Assembly: GCA_965203325.1 (NCBI GenBank)
Contig: OZ241875.1
Span: 2,720,001 to 2,784,000, forward strand
Direction: 5' to 3'
Source of the DNA: a bacterium
GTDB taxonomy: Bacteria; UBA8248
DNA length: 64,000 nt
Shown here: positions 1 through 9,027 of the stretch, one piece after another
Numbering within the stretch: the stretch's first letter is position 1
Layout of the letters: each line of letters opens with the position of its first letter
Translations under genes and position numbers: made by a program
Notes under the pieces: model-generated
Told to the model about the DNA's origin: nothing
The model's input: only the letters and a program-made list of their open reading frames with translations
Database searches by the model: none

Positions 1-659
1 TCCTGAAGGAAAGAATGGCCGCCCGCCTCGTTTCCATCGAATACGACGGGCGTTTCCAGGGAGAAGACGTTCAGCCCGCTTTCCCAGTACGCGTGCAGCG
101 TATGGTCGGTGCGATGGATTATTCTTGGGAAACGCTCCAGGAGGCGGCGCGCCCCTTTTTTCGAAACGACGTAACTCTGCGTCCCCCAATCCGAAAACTT
201 CGTGATGCCCAACTGGATGTCTGCATCGATTCTCTTGAGCGGAGTAAAGGGTTTGTCCGAATCGTTCCGATGCAGAAAAACGAAGTCGAATTCCCATCCC
301 GAGGCGTAGAGCCGCGCAAGCGCATCGAGCGCGCCGCCGATTTCGGGAGCGAGCGTCACGTCGTCCTCGAAGACGGCGACCAGTTCATCCTCGCCCGCCG
401 CGACGCCTTCAAGCGCCTTTCTGTGGCTTAGGTGACAGGCGATCATGCCGTCCGAAAGCGGGCGGCGGCCCTCCATGTCACGGGATATCCTGTCCACGAG
501 GGCCCAGTTTTTTTGGTTCAAATCGCGCCAGTCAATAGCGTCTAAAATCTCGAATTCGACCCCCAAAGCGTCGAACTGTTTGCGCATCGCCAGACGACGT
601 TCTTCAGCGCGGGGCAGGTTGATGACGATGGACTTCATCTCGCGAGGCGAGCGACCCAC
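1..659 (-). CDS. Glycosyltransferase family 25 (LOS/LPS biosynthesis type), 3'-truncated by window edge
   Basis: Not in the ORF track; translated by hand: MKSIVINLPRAEERR...FEILDAID...MIACHLSH...VAVFEDDV...TQSYVVSKKGARRLL, the GT25 signature motifs. GTG start at 659 follows AAGGAG; alternative ATG at 638. Confidence 0.85.
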   Translation of the reverse strand, partial: MGRSPREMKSIVINLPRAEERRLAMRKQFDALGVEFEILDAIDWRDLNQKNWALVDRISRDMEGRRPLSDGMIACHLSHRKALEGVAAGEDELVAVFEDDVTLAPEIGGALDALARLYASGWEFDFVFLHRNDSDKPFTPLKRIDADIQLGITKFSDWGTQSYVVSKKGARRLLERFPRIIHRTDHTLHAYWESGLNVFSLETPVVFDGNEAGGHSFLQ

Positions 660-725
660 AGTTTTACTCCTTCGACCTCGATTATGGTTTTCTGTCAGCC
701 AAGTCCATTCTATTTCTGCGGTCGG

Positions 726-754
726 ATAGTAGCATTTTCTTGTTTATGGGGTAA
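726..754 (-). promoter_or_regulatory. Putative sigma70-type promoter with extended -10 for the GT25 gene
   Basis: Minus strand TTACCC-17 nt-TACTAT with TG just upstream of the -10. The same arrangement recurs at 2637-2665. Confidence 0.5.
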
Positions 755-1057
755 CGAGGGGAACGGGAATCATCGGGTAGAGTGTATGTTTGCGTTCGTG
801 TTTGGTTTACTGCACAAACGAATTTGTAGATGGCGGTCCCTCCTCGGGACCGCCCCACGTATACATTTGGCCCGTGGTTGGGAGGCGAAGAAAGCCGAGT
901 TGCATATATGCTAACCTTACAATATCCAAACGATGTAGGGATGCGGTTCGTCCGTGTTGTTATCTTTATTTGACTGGCGATGCGGCTAGGCTCCGAGAAG
1001 ATAAGACTTTCGAGTTTTTTCTTCTTACATGTAAAGAGATAAAGAGGTTTATATGCC

Positions 1058-1759
1058 ATGAAGATACGGCACATGATTAACAGACTTATCGCCGGAAGCG
1101 GTTATCAGATAACCAAGGAAACTTCGGGGTCTGGTTCTTATTATGATTACGCTCTCCATGTCTACAAGAATGAAAATGGGTCGTTCGATTATGCGCGTTA
1201 TCGGAAAATCCAGCAGGAGGGAAACTTGCGAAAGATTCAGCAGACGTGGGCTGCGGAGGAGAATATCCAGTTTCTCGCGGACTATATTCGATCCGAAATC
1301 GGTACGCCCACGTTCGGAATTTGCCACGGGACAAGGCGGGGAGAAGAACAAGCATGGTTTCGTAAATGCTTGAGTTGCGAGGTCATCGGAACGGAAATAT
1401 CCGATACTGCGAAGGATTTTCCCCATACTTTGCAATGGGATTTCCATGAAGAGAACCCTGAATGGTCGAACAGGGCCGATTTTGTCTATAGCAATTCATT
1501 GGATCATAGCTACGATCCAGAGATGTGTCTCAATACGTGGATCAACAGTTTGAAGATTGGCGGCCTCTGCATTCTGGAACATGATCACCACGAGCATAGC
1601 CCGAATAACCAGAACGAACTCGATCCCTTCGGTGTGGATATCGTTGTGATGGCCTACCTGATCGCGGTTTGGGGGAAAGACCGGTTTTTCCTGAAGGAGT
1701 TGATTGACGCACCGCTCGGCAATATGCGGCGGTTCTTAATTATGCAGCGACGCAAATAA
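1058..1759 (+). CDS. Putative class I SAM-dependent methyltransferase (glycan-associated)
   Basis: 233-aa ORF with GICHGTRRG, VIGTEIS, WDFH, ADFVYSNSLDHSYDP and LKIGGLCILE, a Rossmann methyltransferase-like pattern; RBS AAGAGG. Confidence 0.65.
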   Translation: MKIRHMINRLIAGSGYQITKETSGSGSYYDYALHVYKNENGSFDYARYRKIQQEGNLRKIQQTWAAEENIQFLADYIRSEIGTPTFGICHGTRRGEEQAWFRKCLSCEVIGTEISDTAKDFPHTLQWDFHEENPEWSNRADFVYSNSLDHSYDPEMCLNTWINSLKIGGLCILEHDHHEHSPNNQNELDPFGVDIVVMAYLIAVWGKDRFFLKELIDAPLGNMRRFLIMQRRK

Positions 1760-1836
1760 CTTCCAGCGCTTTTCGTTGGCTGAAGTGGCATGCGATTGCC
1801 ATTCGATAGCGGGCGGTTACCCTCGGCGAAAAAGCA

Positions 1837-1860
1837 GGGTTGCATGTATGCAACCCCTAC
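1837..1860 (-). repeat. GTAG-type REP palindrome
   Basis: Reverse complement GTAGGGGTTGCATACATGCAACCC, between convergent genes; same family as 33047-33117 and 51152-51222. Confidence 0.75.
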
Positions 1861-1900
1861 AGATGCGTATTTCCTCCCATGCGCACCCTTCCCTATGCGC

Positions 1901-2596
1901 TCAATGCCATGACAGGTTGATGTAGGGTCGTTCGATGTTTTGAGATTTTTCGTCGAGGGCGTAGATACGCTGTTTATGAGCAGGGATACGCTTTTCGTGT
2001 GTTTCCACAAAGATATTCTCGATGCACGCCAGGATATCCGGTCGGTCGAACAAGGATTCGAGCAGGTCGACTTCGGCGCCTTCGATGTCGATCTTGAGCA
2101 CCCCGATCTCTTCGTCGAGATTCTCTAAATAGCGGATGAAGTCTATCTGCCTGACCTCAACGGTATTCTCCTGGGCGATATCCCGCTTGTCGGAGATGAC
2201 CGAACTCGATATTGAATACGAGGCGGGATCGTTCTCGAATTGATCATGCCGGTAGAGAGGTATCTTCTTCTCGCACACGCCTGCCGCCGCGTTCACAATT
2301 GTGACGTTGTCGAGATCCGCAACTCCCGCCCGAAGCTCCGCGCAGGCCCAAGGATCGGGTTCGAAGGCGATGACCCGTTTGGCCTTTAGCGCCATCTTTC
2401 TGGTGTAAATGCCGACGTTTGCTCCCAGGTCGATACACGTTTTGCCTTCGGAGCGGCGGAGCGCCTCCTCGAACACCGCCTTGGCATGCAGCCCTTGAAA
2501 TTTCCGCTGGTAATAGCGGCCCCAATCTCCCGGCAGCCTGCGAAGCAGGTTGTACCGGAAAAATTTATAGGTTTGATAGAAGCCCGATTTTTTCAT
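1901..2596 (-). CDS. FkbM family methyltransferase
   Basis: CIDLGANVG, VIAFEPDP, LKIDIEGAE and FVETH motifs; start MKKSG chosen after GGGGAG. Confidence 0.88.
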   Translation of the reverse strand: MKKSGFYQTYKFFRYNLLRRLPGDWGRYYQRKFQGLHAKAVFEEALRRSEGKTCIDLGANVGIYTRKMALKAKRVIAFEPDPWACAELRAGVADLDNVTIVNAAAGVCEKKIPLYRHDQFENDPASYSISSSVISDKRDIAQENTVEVRQIDFIRYLENLDEEIGVLKIDIEGAEVDLLESLFDRPDILACIENIFVETHEKRIPAHKQRIYALDEKSQNIERPYINLSWH

Positions 2597-2636
2597 TGCT
2601 CCCCCGCAGACCGGCTCCATTCCATCTCAGCCGGCG

Positions 2637-2665
2637 ATAGTAGCATTTCTTCGCCGATGGGGTAA
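2637..2665 (-). promoter_or_regulatory. Putative promoter for the FkbM gene (copy of the GT25 promoter motif)
   Basis: TTACCC-17 nt-TACTAT with TGn extension on the minus strand. Confidence 0.5.
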
Positions 2666-2740
2666 CGACTCTCGGGTTGCATCCTTTTCCCCCGACCGGG
2701 TTCGGCCCCCAACTCCCTTGAAAGCGAAATCCCATAACGT

Positions 2741-2884
2741 CAACCCCCCCTACCCCCCTTTGTCAGGGGTCAAACGCGAGTGAGGAACGAGCGTTTGCAT
2801 GAGCCATTGGTGAAAAACATCAGTTCGCAATTCCTCGCTCCTCGCTTGGAATTGACCCCTGACAAGGGAGGGTAGGGGGGGTTG
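2741..2884. repeat. Inverted pair of the CCCCCCTACCCCCCTTGTCAGGGG palindromic repeat family
   Basis: Arms 2741-2773 and 2852-2884 are near-complementary; the motif recurs at about 42223, 42535, 49617, 51474 and 51522. Confidence 0.8.
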
Positions 2885-3165
2885 CTTTCGACGAGAGAGA
2901 GCGGGGGTTCGCGCGAAAGCGGCCTTCCCGCTAAAGGCAATATCCCCCAGACGAGAACTTTCTCAACACCCCCCAGCCGGATGCGAGCCCGCATTTCCCC
3001 GCATTCGGCGTTACCGGGTTTTCGTCGGGATGGGCGAGAATCACGCGCGCGAACGGGAGGAATTCCGATGGACCAGGGAGGAGGAAAGCGAATGGACCCG
3101 GCAATCCATATTCCACCGGCGGCGGATGCTGCGCTTTCCGCGCGATCGGAATTACTGAAAAATAA

Positions 3166-3293
3166 GATAAATATCGATAAATTCACGGGGTTTTTCGATA
3201 AATTTCTGGAAATTATTGACTATGCAAGTGGTTGTAATCAAAAGAGTTACCATATAAACTTGAGCGTTCCACACTCAGATATGGCGCAAAAAA
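3166..3293. repeat. AT-rich dispersed repeat, copy 1 (unknown function)
   Basis: 3176-3292 aligns without gaps to 51805-51921; 13 differences in 117 nt by manual alignment. Confidence 0.85.
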
Positions 3294-3533
3294 ATTTCAA
3301 GTCTCCGCATCTGCCCGCATTTGCGATGAATCGAGCGCGGTTTCGCGCATTTCCCCGCAAGTTCTCCATCCCCCGCATCCCCTGCCCGGCCCGAGGCCGC
3401 GTGCCGAAAAACCGGGATGGATTCTCGCGCCGAAATGAGGGATAATAGAGGCACCCAACGTCAGGAACGATAATGTCGCCTCCCGGCTCCATGAGGCGAG
3501 AGGCATGTCTATTCCAACCCAGGAGGTCAGCAG

Positions 3534-4508
3534 ATGAAAACGTATCGCATCCTGTGTATCGCTCTGATAGCCGTGTTCGCAGCCGCGTTGCCGCTGCAAT
3601 CCGCTTCGGCGGCCTATCCCGACAAGCCGATTCAGTTCATCATTCCCTTCGGCGCCGGCGGAGGCGCCGACATCGAGGGCAGGCTGCTCGCCAAGGGCAT
3701 GGCGAAAGAGCTCGGCGTTCCCGTGGTGGCCATCAACAAGCCGGGCGCGGGCGGCGCCGTCACCTACACGTTCGTCAAGAACTCCAAGCCCGACGGCTAT
3801 ACGGTGGCATGGAACTCCACCTCCGTCCTCACCTCTACGAACATCGGCAACGTGCCCTGGGACTACACGGCGCTCGACCACATCGGGCGGGTGCACTTCC
3901 AGCCTTTGACGGTGGCGGTGAACTACAAGTCGAAGTGGAAGACGGTCAAGGATTTCGTGGCCGACTGCAAGAAAAAGCCGAACACGCTCAAAATCGGCCA
4001 TGCGGGCACCGGCAGCACCACGCACTTGACGGCGGTCATCTTCACGAACATGACGGGCTGTAAGGCCATCCTCGTTCCCCTGGGCGTGAAGCGGCGCAAC
4101 GCGGCGCTTCTGAGCGGCGAGGTCGACGCCATGGGCGCGCCTCTCACGGGAGCGATTCGCCTGGCGAAAGCAAAGAAGTTCCGCATCATCACCCACATCA
4201 CGGGCAAGCGGAACCCGGCGATCCCCGACGTGCCCACCATGAAGGAGATGGGCCACGACATCGATTTCGACCATTTCCGGGGCTTGAGCGTGCCGAAGGG
4301 AACGCCCGCCGCGGTGAAGGCGAAACTCGTGGACGCCATGACGAAGGCCGCCAACTCGGACGCCTTCAAGAAGCTGGCCAAGACGAAGGGCTTCACGATC
4401 GACCCGAGCGGGCCGGAAGAGTTCGGCAAAATGCTCGCCAAGCGCGACAAGATTGTCGCCGACATCATGAAGGCCACGGGCGTATACAAGTCCAAGACGA
4501 AGAAATAA
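3534..4508 (+). CDS. tctC: Tripartite tricarboxylate transporter substrate-binding protein (TctC/Bug family)
   Basis: Signal peptide; YPDKPIQFIIPFGAGGGAD, NKPGAGG, PDGYT, PDVPTMKEMG; RBS AGGAGG. Confidence 0.93.
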   Translation: MKTYRILCIALIAVFAAALPLQSASAAYPDKPIQFIIPFGAGGGADIEGRLLAKGMAKELGVPVVAINKPGAGGAVTYTFVKNSKPDGYTVAWNSTSVLTSTNIGNVPWDYTALDHIGRVHFQPLTVAVNYKSKWKTVKDFVADCKKKPNTLKIGHAGTGSTTHLTAVIFTNMTGCKAILVPLGVKRRNAALLSGEVDAMGAPLTGAIRLAKAKKFRIITHITGKRNPAIPDVPTMKEMGHDIDFDHFRGLSVPKGTPAAVKAKLVDAMTKAANSDAFKKLAKTKGFTIDPSGPEEFGKMLAKRDKIVADIMKATGVYKSKTKK

Positions 4509-4529
4509 TCGCGCCAGTCGCGTGACAGA

Positions 4530-4564
4530 CGGGGGCCGCCTCTTCCAAGGAGGGGGCGGCCTTC
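4530..4564 (+). other. GC-rich intercistronic hairpin after the binding-protein gene
   Basis: GGGGGCCGCCTCTTCC-AA-GGAGGGGGCGGCCTTC inverted repeat. Confidence 0.55.
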
Positions 4565-4602
4565 GTTTTCGAGTCGTTTTCTCTCCTTAGGGCAGATTCG
4601 GC

Positions 4603-5085
4603 ATGGGTTTGAGAAACATCGTCGGCGGGGTGGTCATCCTCGGCTTCACGCTCTACTACGGCGGCCTCGCCACCCTGCTGCCAAAACGCACCACGACGGA
4701 CGCGCCGGGACCCCATTTCTTCCCGTACCTGATCACCGTCTCGATAATCGCTCTCGCTGTGATGCTCCTCTTTCAGGGGGTCAGGGGGCTGAAAGACTCC
4801 AATGGACTCGCCGACCTGAGGCCCGAAAGACCCCCGGCGAACGAGAATTTCAGCATCGCCCGCGCAGCGGCCGGCCTGGTGCTCACGGGGCTTTATTTCT
4901 TCGCACTCTCGACCTTCGGGTTCTTCTGGTCCACGCCCGTTTTCTTCGCCGCGCTCATGTGGACCTCGGGCGAGCGCCGTCCGCATATTCTCCTCGCTCT
5001 GGCGATTATCGTTCCCATGTTCCTGTTCTTCCTGTTCCGCGACCTTTTTCAGCTTCCCCTGCCGAGGGGAAGTTTTCTGGGATGA
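4603..5085 (+). CDS. tctB: TTT small membrane subunit TctB
   Basis: Hydrophobic 160 aa; PGPHFFP motif and C-terminal LFQLPLPRG; lies between tctC and tctA. Confidence 0.88.
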   Translation: MGLRNIVGGVVILGFTLYYGGLATLLPKRTTTDAPGPHFFPYLITVSIIALAVMLLFQGVRGLKDSNGLADLRPERPPANENFSIARAAAGLVLTGLYFFALSTFGFFWSTPVFFAALMWTSGERRPHILLALAIIVPMFLFFLFRDLFQLPLPRGSFLG

Positions 5086-5091
5086 CGCAAG

Positions 5092-6600
5092 ATGAACGGT
5101 GATTTGCTTCAGGGGTTCTACCTCGCCCTCGCGCCGACGAGCATTCTGGCAACGGCCCTGGGCGCCCTGCACGGTCTTATCTGCGGGATGATGCCGGGCC
5201 TCACGACGAGTGCGGGCATCATCATCCTCTTTCCGGTCACCTTCATCCTGGAGCCCACGACCGCGGTTGCGCTGCTGCTGGGCGTTTTCGCGGGCGGAAT
5301 GACGGGGGGGAGCTTCGCCGCCATCCTCATCAACATCCCAGGTTCGCCGTCGGCTTCTGCCACCACGATGGACGGTTTCCCTCTCACCCAGAAGGGAGAG
5401 TCCGGGCGGGCGCTGGGCGTTTCCATCGTGTCGAGCTTCACCGGCGGCCTCTTCAGCTTCTTCTGCCTGATATTGATTGCTCCGCAACTCACGAAAGTGG
5501 CCCTTCAGTTCCGCGCGGCCGACCTGTTCGGGCTGGTCTTTTTCGGAATGTCCGTCATCTCCGCCTTCGCGGCGAAATCGCTCGTCAAGGGTCTGTTGTC
5601 CACTTTTCTGGGTCTCATGATCGTCACGGTCGGGATGGATCCGCTCGTGGGGACTGCGCGTTTCACCTTCGGCGATGCGAACATGCTCGCGGGAATCCAC
5701 TTCATCGCCGCCCTCGTGGGCCTGTTCGCCATTCCGGAAATCGTGGCGAACCTGGCGGAGGGGAACATCCGCTCGGTCGCCTCCAGGTTCGGCCGCGTGT
5801 TTCCCAGCTGGGAGGACATCAAGAAAATCCGGCTTCCGGTGGCCATCGGCTCCGTGGTGGGTACTTTCGTCGGCATTCTCCCCGGCGCGGGCGGCCCGAT
5901 AGCCGTTTTCGTGAGCTACGACTATGCCCAGAAAATCAGCAAGGAGCCAGAGCAATTCGGCAAGGGATGCGTGGAGGGAGTCGCCGCGCCCGAATCGGCG
6001 AACAGCTCCATCGCCGGCGGGGCGCTCATCCCGATGATGACGCTGGGCATTCCGGGCGACCCGATAACCGCCATCCTCATCGGCGCCCTGCTGGTCCACG
6101 GCATGGCGCCGGGGCCGCTTCTTTTCGTGGAACAGGGCCCCTTCGCGTTTTCCGTGCTTTTCTCGTATTTCATCGCGATTTGCAGCACGGCGACGGTCGC
6201 GTTCCTGGGCTTGAGGGTTATCGTTAAACTGCTGTCCATCCCCCGCTCGCTGCTGCTTCCGATCATCGTCGCCCTGTGCGTTTTGGGGACTTACGCGCTC
6301 AGGAATTCCTTCTTCGACGTCTACGTCATGTTCTTCTTCGGCCTCGTGGCGCTTTCCTTCAAGTGGCTCGACATCCCGGTCGTTCCCATGCTTCTCGCGC
6401 TCGTGCTGGGGCGGCAGCTCGAAGAGCACATGCGGGTCGCCCTCGCTGCATCGAAGGGCGACATCTCGATTTTCTTCACTTCTCCGTGGTGTCTGTTTTT
6501 CCTGTGCCTCTCGATGGTTTCTTTCGCCTGGCCGTTCTTCCTGGAGTGGAGAGTCAGGAAAAGAGCGCTCAAGAAAGCGTCCGCCACTTCTTCCGCATAG
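5092..6600 (+). CDS. tctA: TTT permease TctA
   Basis: GMMPGL, ILINIPGSP, APESAN and MMTLGIPGD motifs. Confidence 0.93.
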   Translation: MNGDLLQGFYLALAPTSILATALGALHGLICGMMPGLTTSAGIIILFPVTFILEPTTAVALLLGVFAGGMTGGSFAAILINIPGSPSASATTMDGFPLTQKGESGRALGVSIVSSFTGGLFSFFCLILIAPQLTKVALQFRAADLFGLVFFGMSVISAFAAKSLVKGLLSTFLGLMIVTVGMDPLVGTARFTFGDANMLAGIHFIAALVGLFAIPEIVANLAEGNIRSVASRFGRVFPSWEDIKKIRLPVAIGSVVGTFVGILPGAGGPIAVFVSYDYAQKISKEPEQFGKGCVEGVAAPESANSSIAGGALIPMMTLGIPGDPITAILIGALLVHGMAPGPLLFVEQGPFAFSVLFSYFIAICSTATVAFLGLRVIVKLLSIPRSLLLPIIVALCVLGTYALRNSFFDVYVMFFFGLVALSFKWLDIPVVPMLLALVLGRQLEEHMRVALAASKGDISIFFTSPWCLFFLCLSMVSFAWPFFLEWRVRKRALKKASATSSA

Positions 6601-6832
6601 TAAGTGTTTCTTTTGCGGTGTGACTGGAAATGAGGTTTTCGCAGCTTTTCCGTTGTATCCGTCTTATGAGAACCAAGAGCGAAAAACCTGGGTCTTGACC
6701 CTGAATCGAGGCTCATCTAACCTGCTTTTTACGGCGAAAATGAATTTACTATGGCGTCCGGTTTCCGGTCTTGAACGGATGTGATTCCGGCTGTTCGGCT
6801 TCGTATGTTTCCATCTTCAAGGAGGGTTTCTC

Positions 6833-8053
6833 ATGTCTGGATATAGTAAAAAGGCGCTCATCGCCATAGTGGCATCATTGGCGATAGTCGCATCCGGCGC
6901 AAGTGTTTCGTTTGCGGCGAAAACCATCAAGATAGGCGTTCTCTCTCCATTGACGGGACTTTATTCCATCGTGGGGAAAAGGACGAGCCAGGGCATCAAT
7001 ATGGCCGTCAAGGAAATCAATGGCGCAGGCGGTGTTCTGGGCCACAAGTTCGAGGCGCTGATCCGGGATTCCGAGACCAACCCGGCGAGTTCGGTGCGCA
7101 CGGCGAGGCGGCTGATCCTGCGCGATAAGGTCTTCGCCCTGCTCGGCCCGCTGCATGGCGGAGCGGCCATCGCCGTGTTGCAGGAATCGAAAAAGCTCAA
7201 GACGATGAACTTCCCCTGGGCGGCGACCGAGGAGATCAACACGAAATTCTGCAGCCGCTACACCTGGCGCGTGGGAAGCAGCGCGCAGCAGACTTCCCGC
7301 GCGGGCGCCGTCATCGCCCACCGGCTGGGCTTGAAGAAATGGGCGACGATATCTTCTGATTTTTCGTACGGCCGCTCCGTCGTCCGGCAGTTCTGGAACT
7401 ACCTCAAAGAACGCGACCCGAGCGCGAAACGCCCCTATGCGGCATGGCCGAAGCTGGGAGAGAACGATTATTCCGCCTACATCAACAAGATGCAGAAGGC
7501 GAAGCCCGACGCCATCTACGTTGGCCTGTTCGGCGCGGACCTCATCAAGTTCATGAAGCAGGCGCGTTCCTTCGGCATGTACGAGAAGGTGAAGATATTT
7601 ACCGATTTCGGCGGCAACCACGTGTTGCTCAAGGCGCTCGGCGATCAGGCGCCGTTCGGGCATTGGGCGAGTTCGCGATATCTGCACAACTATCCGGTTT
7701 CCGCGAACAACAAGCGTTTCGTGGACAACTTCCGCAAGGCGTACAACGTATATCCGGACATGATGGCCGGCGAGGCGTATTCGACCGTCCACGTGATTGC
7801 GGAATCCATCCGCCGCGCAGGCGCCGTGGACAAGGAGAAGGCGATTGACGCCATGGGGGGTGTCGCCTTCAACGCGCCCGAGGGATGGATCATCATGCGC
7901 CCCTCCGACCACCAGGGCTGGCAGTCCAGCTTCTGGGGCGTGATTTCAAAGAGCAAGAAATACCCTTTCCCGATTCTCTCGAATATCCAGGTGATCTCTC
8001 CCGTCGAGGGTTCTCACTCCGACGAGAACACGGGCCAGGGCTGCCGGAAATAA
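6833..8053 (+). CDS. Branched-chain amino acid-type (LIV family) ABC substrate-binding protein
   Basis: Signal peptide; KIGVLSPLTG, AVKEINGAGGVLG, DFSYG; heads an ABC operon. Confidence 0.9.
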   Translation: MSGYSKKALIAIVASLAIVASGASVSFAAKTIKIGVLSPLTGLYSIVGKRTSQGINMAVKEINGAGGVLGHKFEALIRDSETNPASSVRTARRLILRDKVFALLGPLHGGAAIAVLQESKKLKTMNFPWAATEEINTKFCSRYTWRVGSSAQQTSRAGAVIAHRLGLKKWATISSDFSYGRSVVRQFWNYLKERDPSAKRPYAAWPKLGENDYSAYINKMQKAKPDAIYVGLFGADLIKFMKQARSFGMYEKVKIFTDFGGNHVLLKALGDQAPFGHWASSRYLHNYPVSANNKRFVDNFRKAYNVYPDMMAGEAYSTVHVIAESIRRAGAVDKEKAIDAMGGVAFNAPEGWIIMRPSDHQGWQSSFWGVISKSKKYPFPILSNIQVISPVEGSHSDENTGQGCRK

Positions 8054-8072
8054 TCATTGCGCGTGAAGCCAT

Positions 8073-8100
8073 AGACGCCCCGGGAAATTTCCGGGGCGTC
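8073..8100 (+). other. Intercistronic hairpin
   Basis: GACGCCCCGG-GAAATTT-CCGGGGCGTC inverted repeat after the SBP gene. Confidence 0.55.
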
Positions 8101-8129
8101 GCTTCACCTTTTTCCGGAGGCCCGGACGC

Positions 8130-9011
8130 ATGGAATTGGACGTCAGTTTTTGGTTGACCCAGTTTCTGAACGGGTTGGCCAACGCGATGGTTCTCTTCCT
8201 GATCGCATCGGGCCTCACGATTCTCCTGGGCGTGTTGGGCGTCCTGAATCTGGCCCATGGCTCGTTCTACATGCTGGGCGCTTTTCTGATTTTTTCGAGT
8301 TCGATCATCAAGAACCCGAGCTGGTTCTGGGTGGGCCTGCTCATCGCACCCCTCGTGGTGGCGGGGTTCGGGACCATCATCGAAGCGTTCTGCCTGCGCC
8401 CCCTCTACGGCCGGGAAAGACTCTACACCCTGCTGCTGACCTATGGCTTCACGCTCATTCTCGACGACCTGGTTCTGCTGATCTGGGGCCGGGATTACAA
8501 GTCCGTACCCATCCCCGCGCTGTTCGAAGGGCGATTGACCATCGGGGATTTCAGCTATCCCGTGTATTTTCTCTTCATCATCGCGGTCGGCCCGCTGCTG
8601 GGCGTTTTCCTGTGGTTCATTCTGAACAAGACGAACTTCGGGAAACTCATCCGCGCCGCCGCCACGGACAGCGAGATGCTCGACGCCCTGGGGGTGAACG
8701 TGAACCGGGTATTCACCGGCGTATTCGCCCTGGGCGCCTGGCTCGCGAGCCTGGGCGGCATTCTGGCCGCACCGATGAGAAGCGTCGAACCCGGCATGGG
8801 GGTGGAGGTCATCATCGAATCGTTCATCGTCGTCATCATCGGCGGTATGGGGAGTTATCTCGGCGCGTTCGTGGGGGCGGTGCTCATCGGGATGCTCAAG
8901 GCGTTCGGCATCGAGATTCTCGAGAATTTCGCGATGATCTTCATTTACGCACTCGTATTGCCGATTTTGATCTTAAGACCCCGTGGCCTGTTCGGCGAAA
9001 CGACGATATAG
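8130..9011 (+). CDS. LIV-type ABC permease (LivH-like)
   Basis: SGLTILLGVLGVLNLAHG, FGKLIRA and LRPRGLFG motifs. Confidence 0.92.
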   Translation: MELDVSFWLTQFLNGLANAMVLFLIASGLTILLGVLGVLNLAHGSFYMLGAFLIFSSSIIKNPSWFWVGLLIAPLVVAGFGTIIEAFCLRPLYGRERLYTLLLTYGFTLILDDLVLLIWGRDYKSVPIPALFEGRLTIGDFSYPVYFLFIIAVGPLLGVFLWFILNKTNFGKLIRAAATDSEMLDALGVNVNRVFTGVFALGAWLASLGGILAAPMRSVEPGMGVEVIIESFIVVIIGGMGSYLGAFVGAVLIGMLKAFGIEILENFAMIFIYALVLPILILRPRGLFGETTI

Positions 9012-9027
9012 GGATATCAAAAGACGC

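Noticed and set aside
2882..3445. ORFs 2882-3445 and 51715-52104 sharing DKF.GFFDKFL...SYHINLSVPHSDMAQK as a small-protein family
   Set aside because: Only 4 of 13 differences are synonymous in that frame, the starts and ends are unrelated and no clear RBS is present. A non-coding repeat explains it better.
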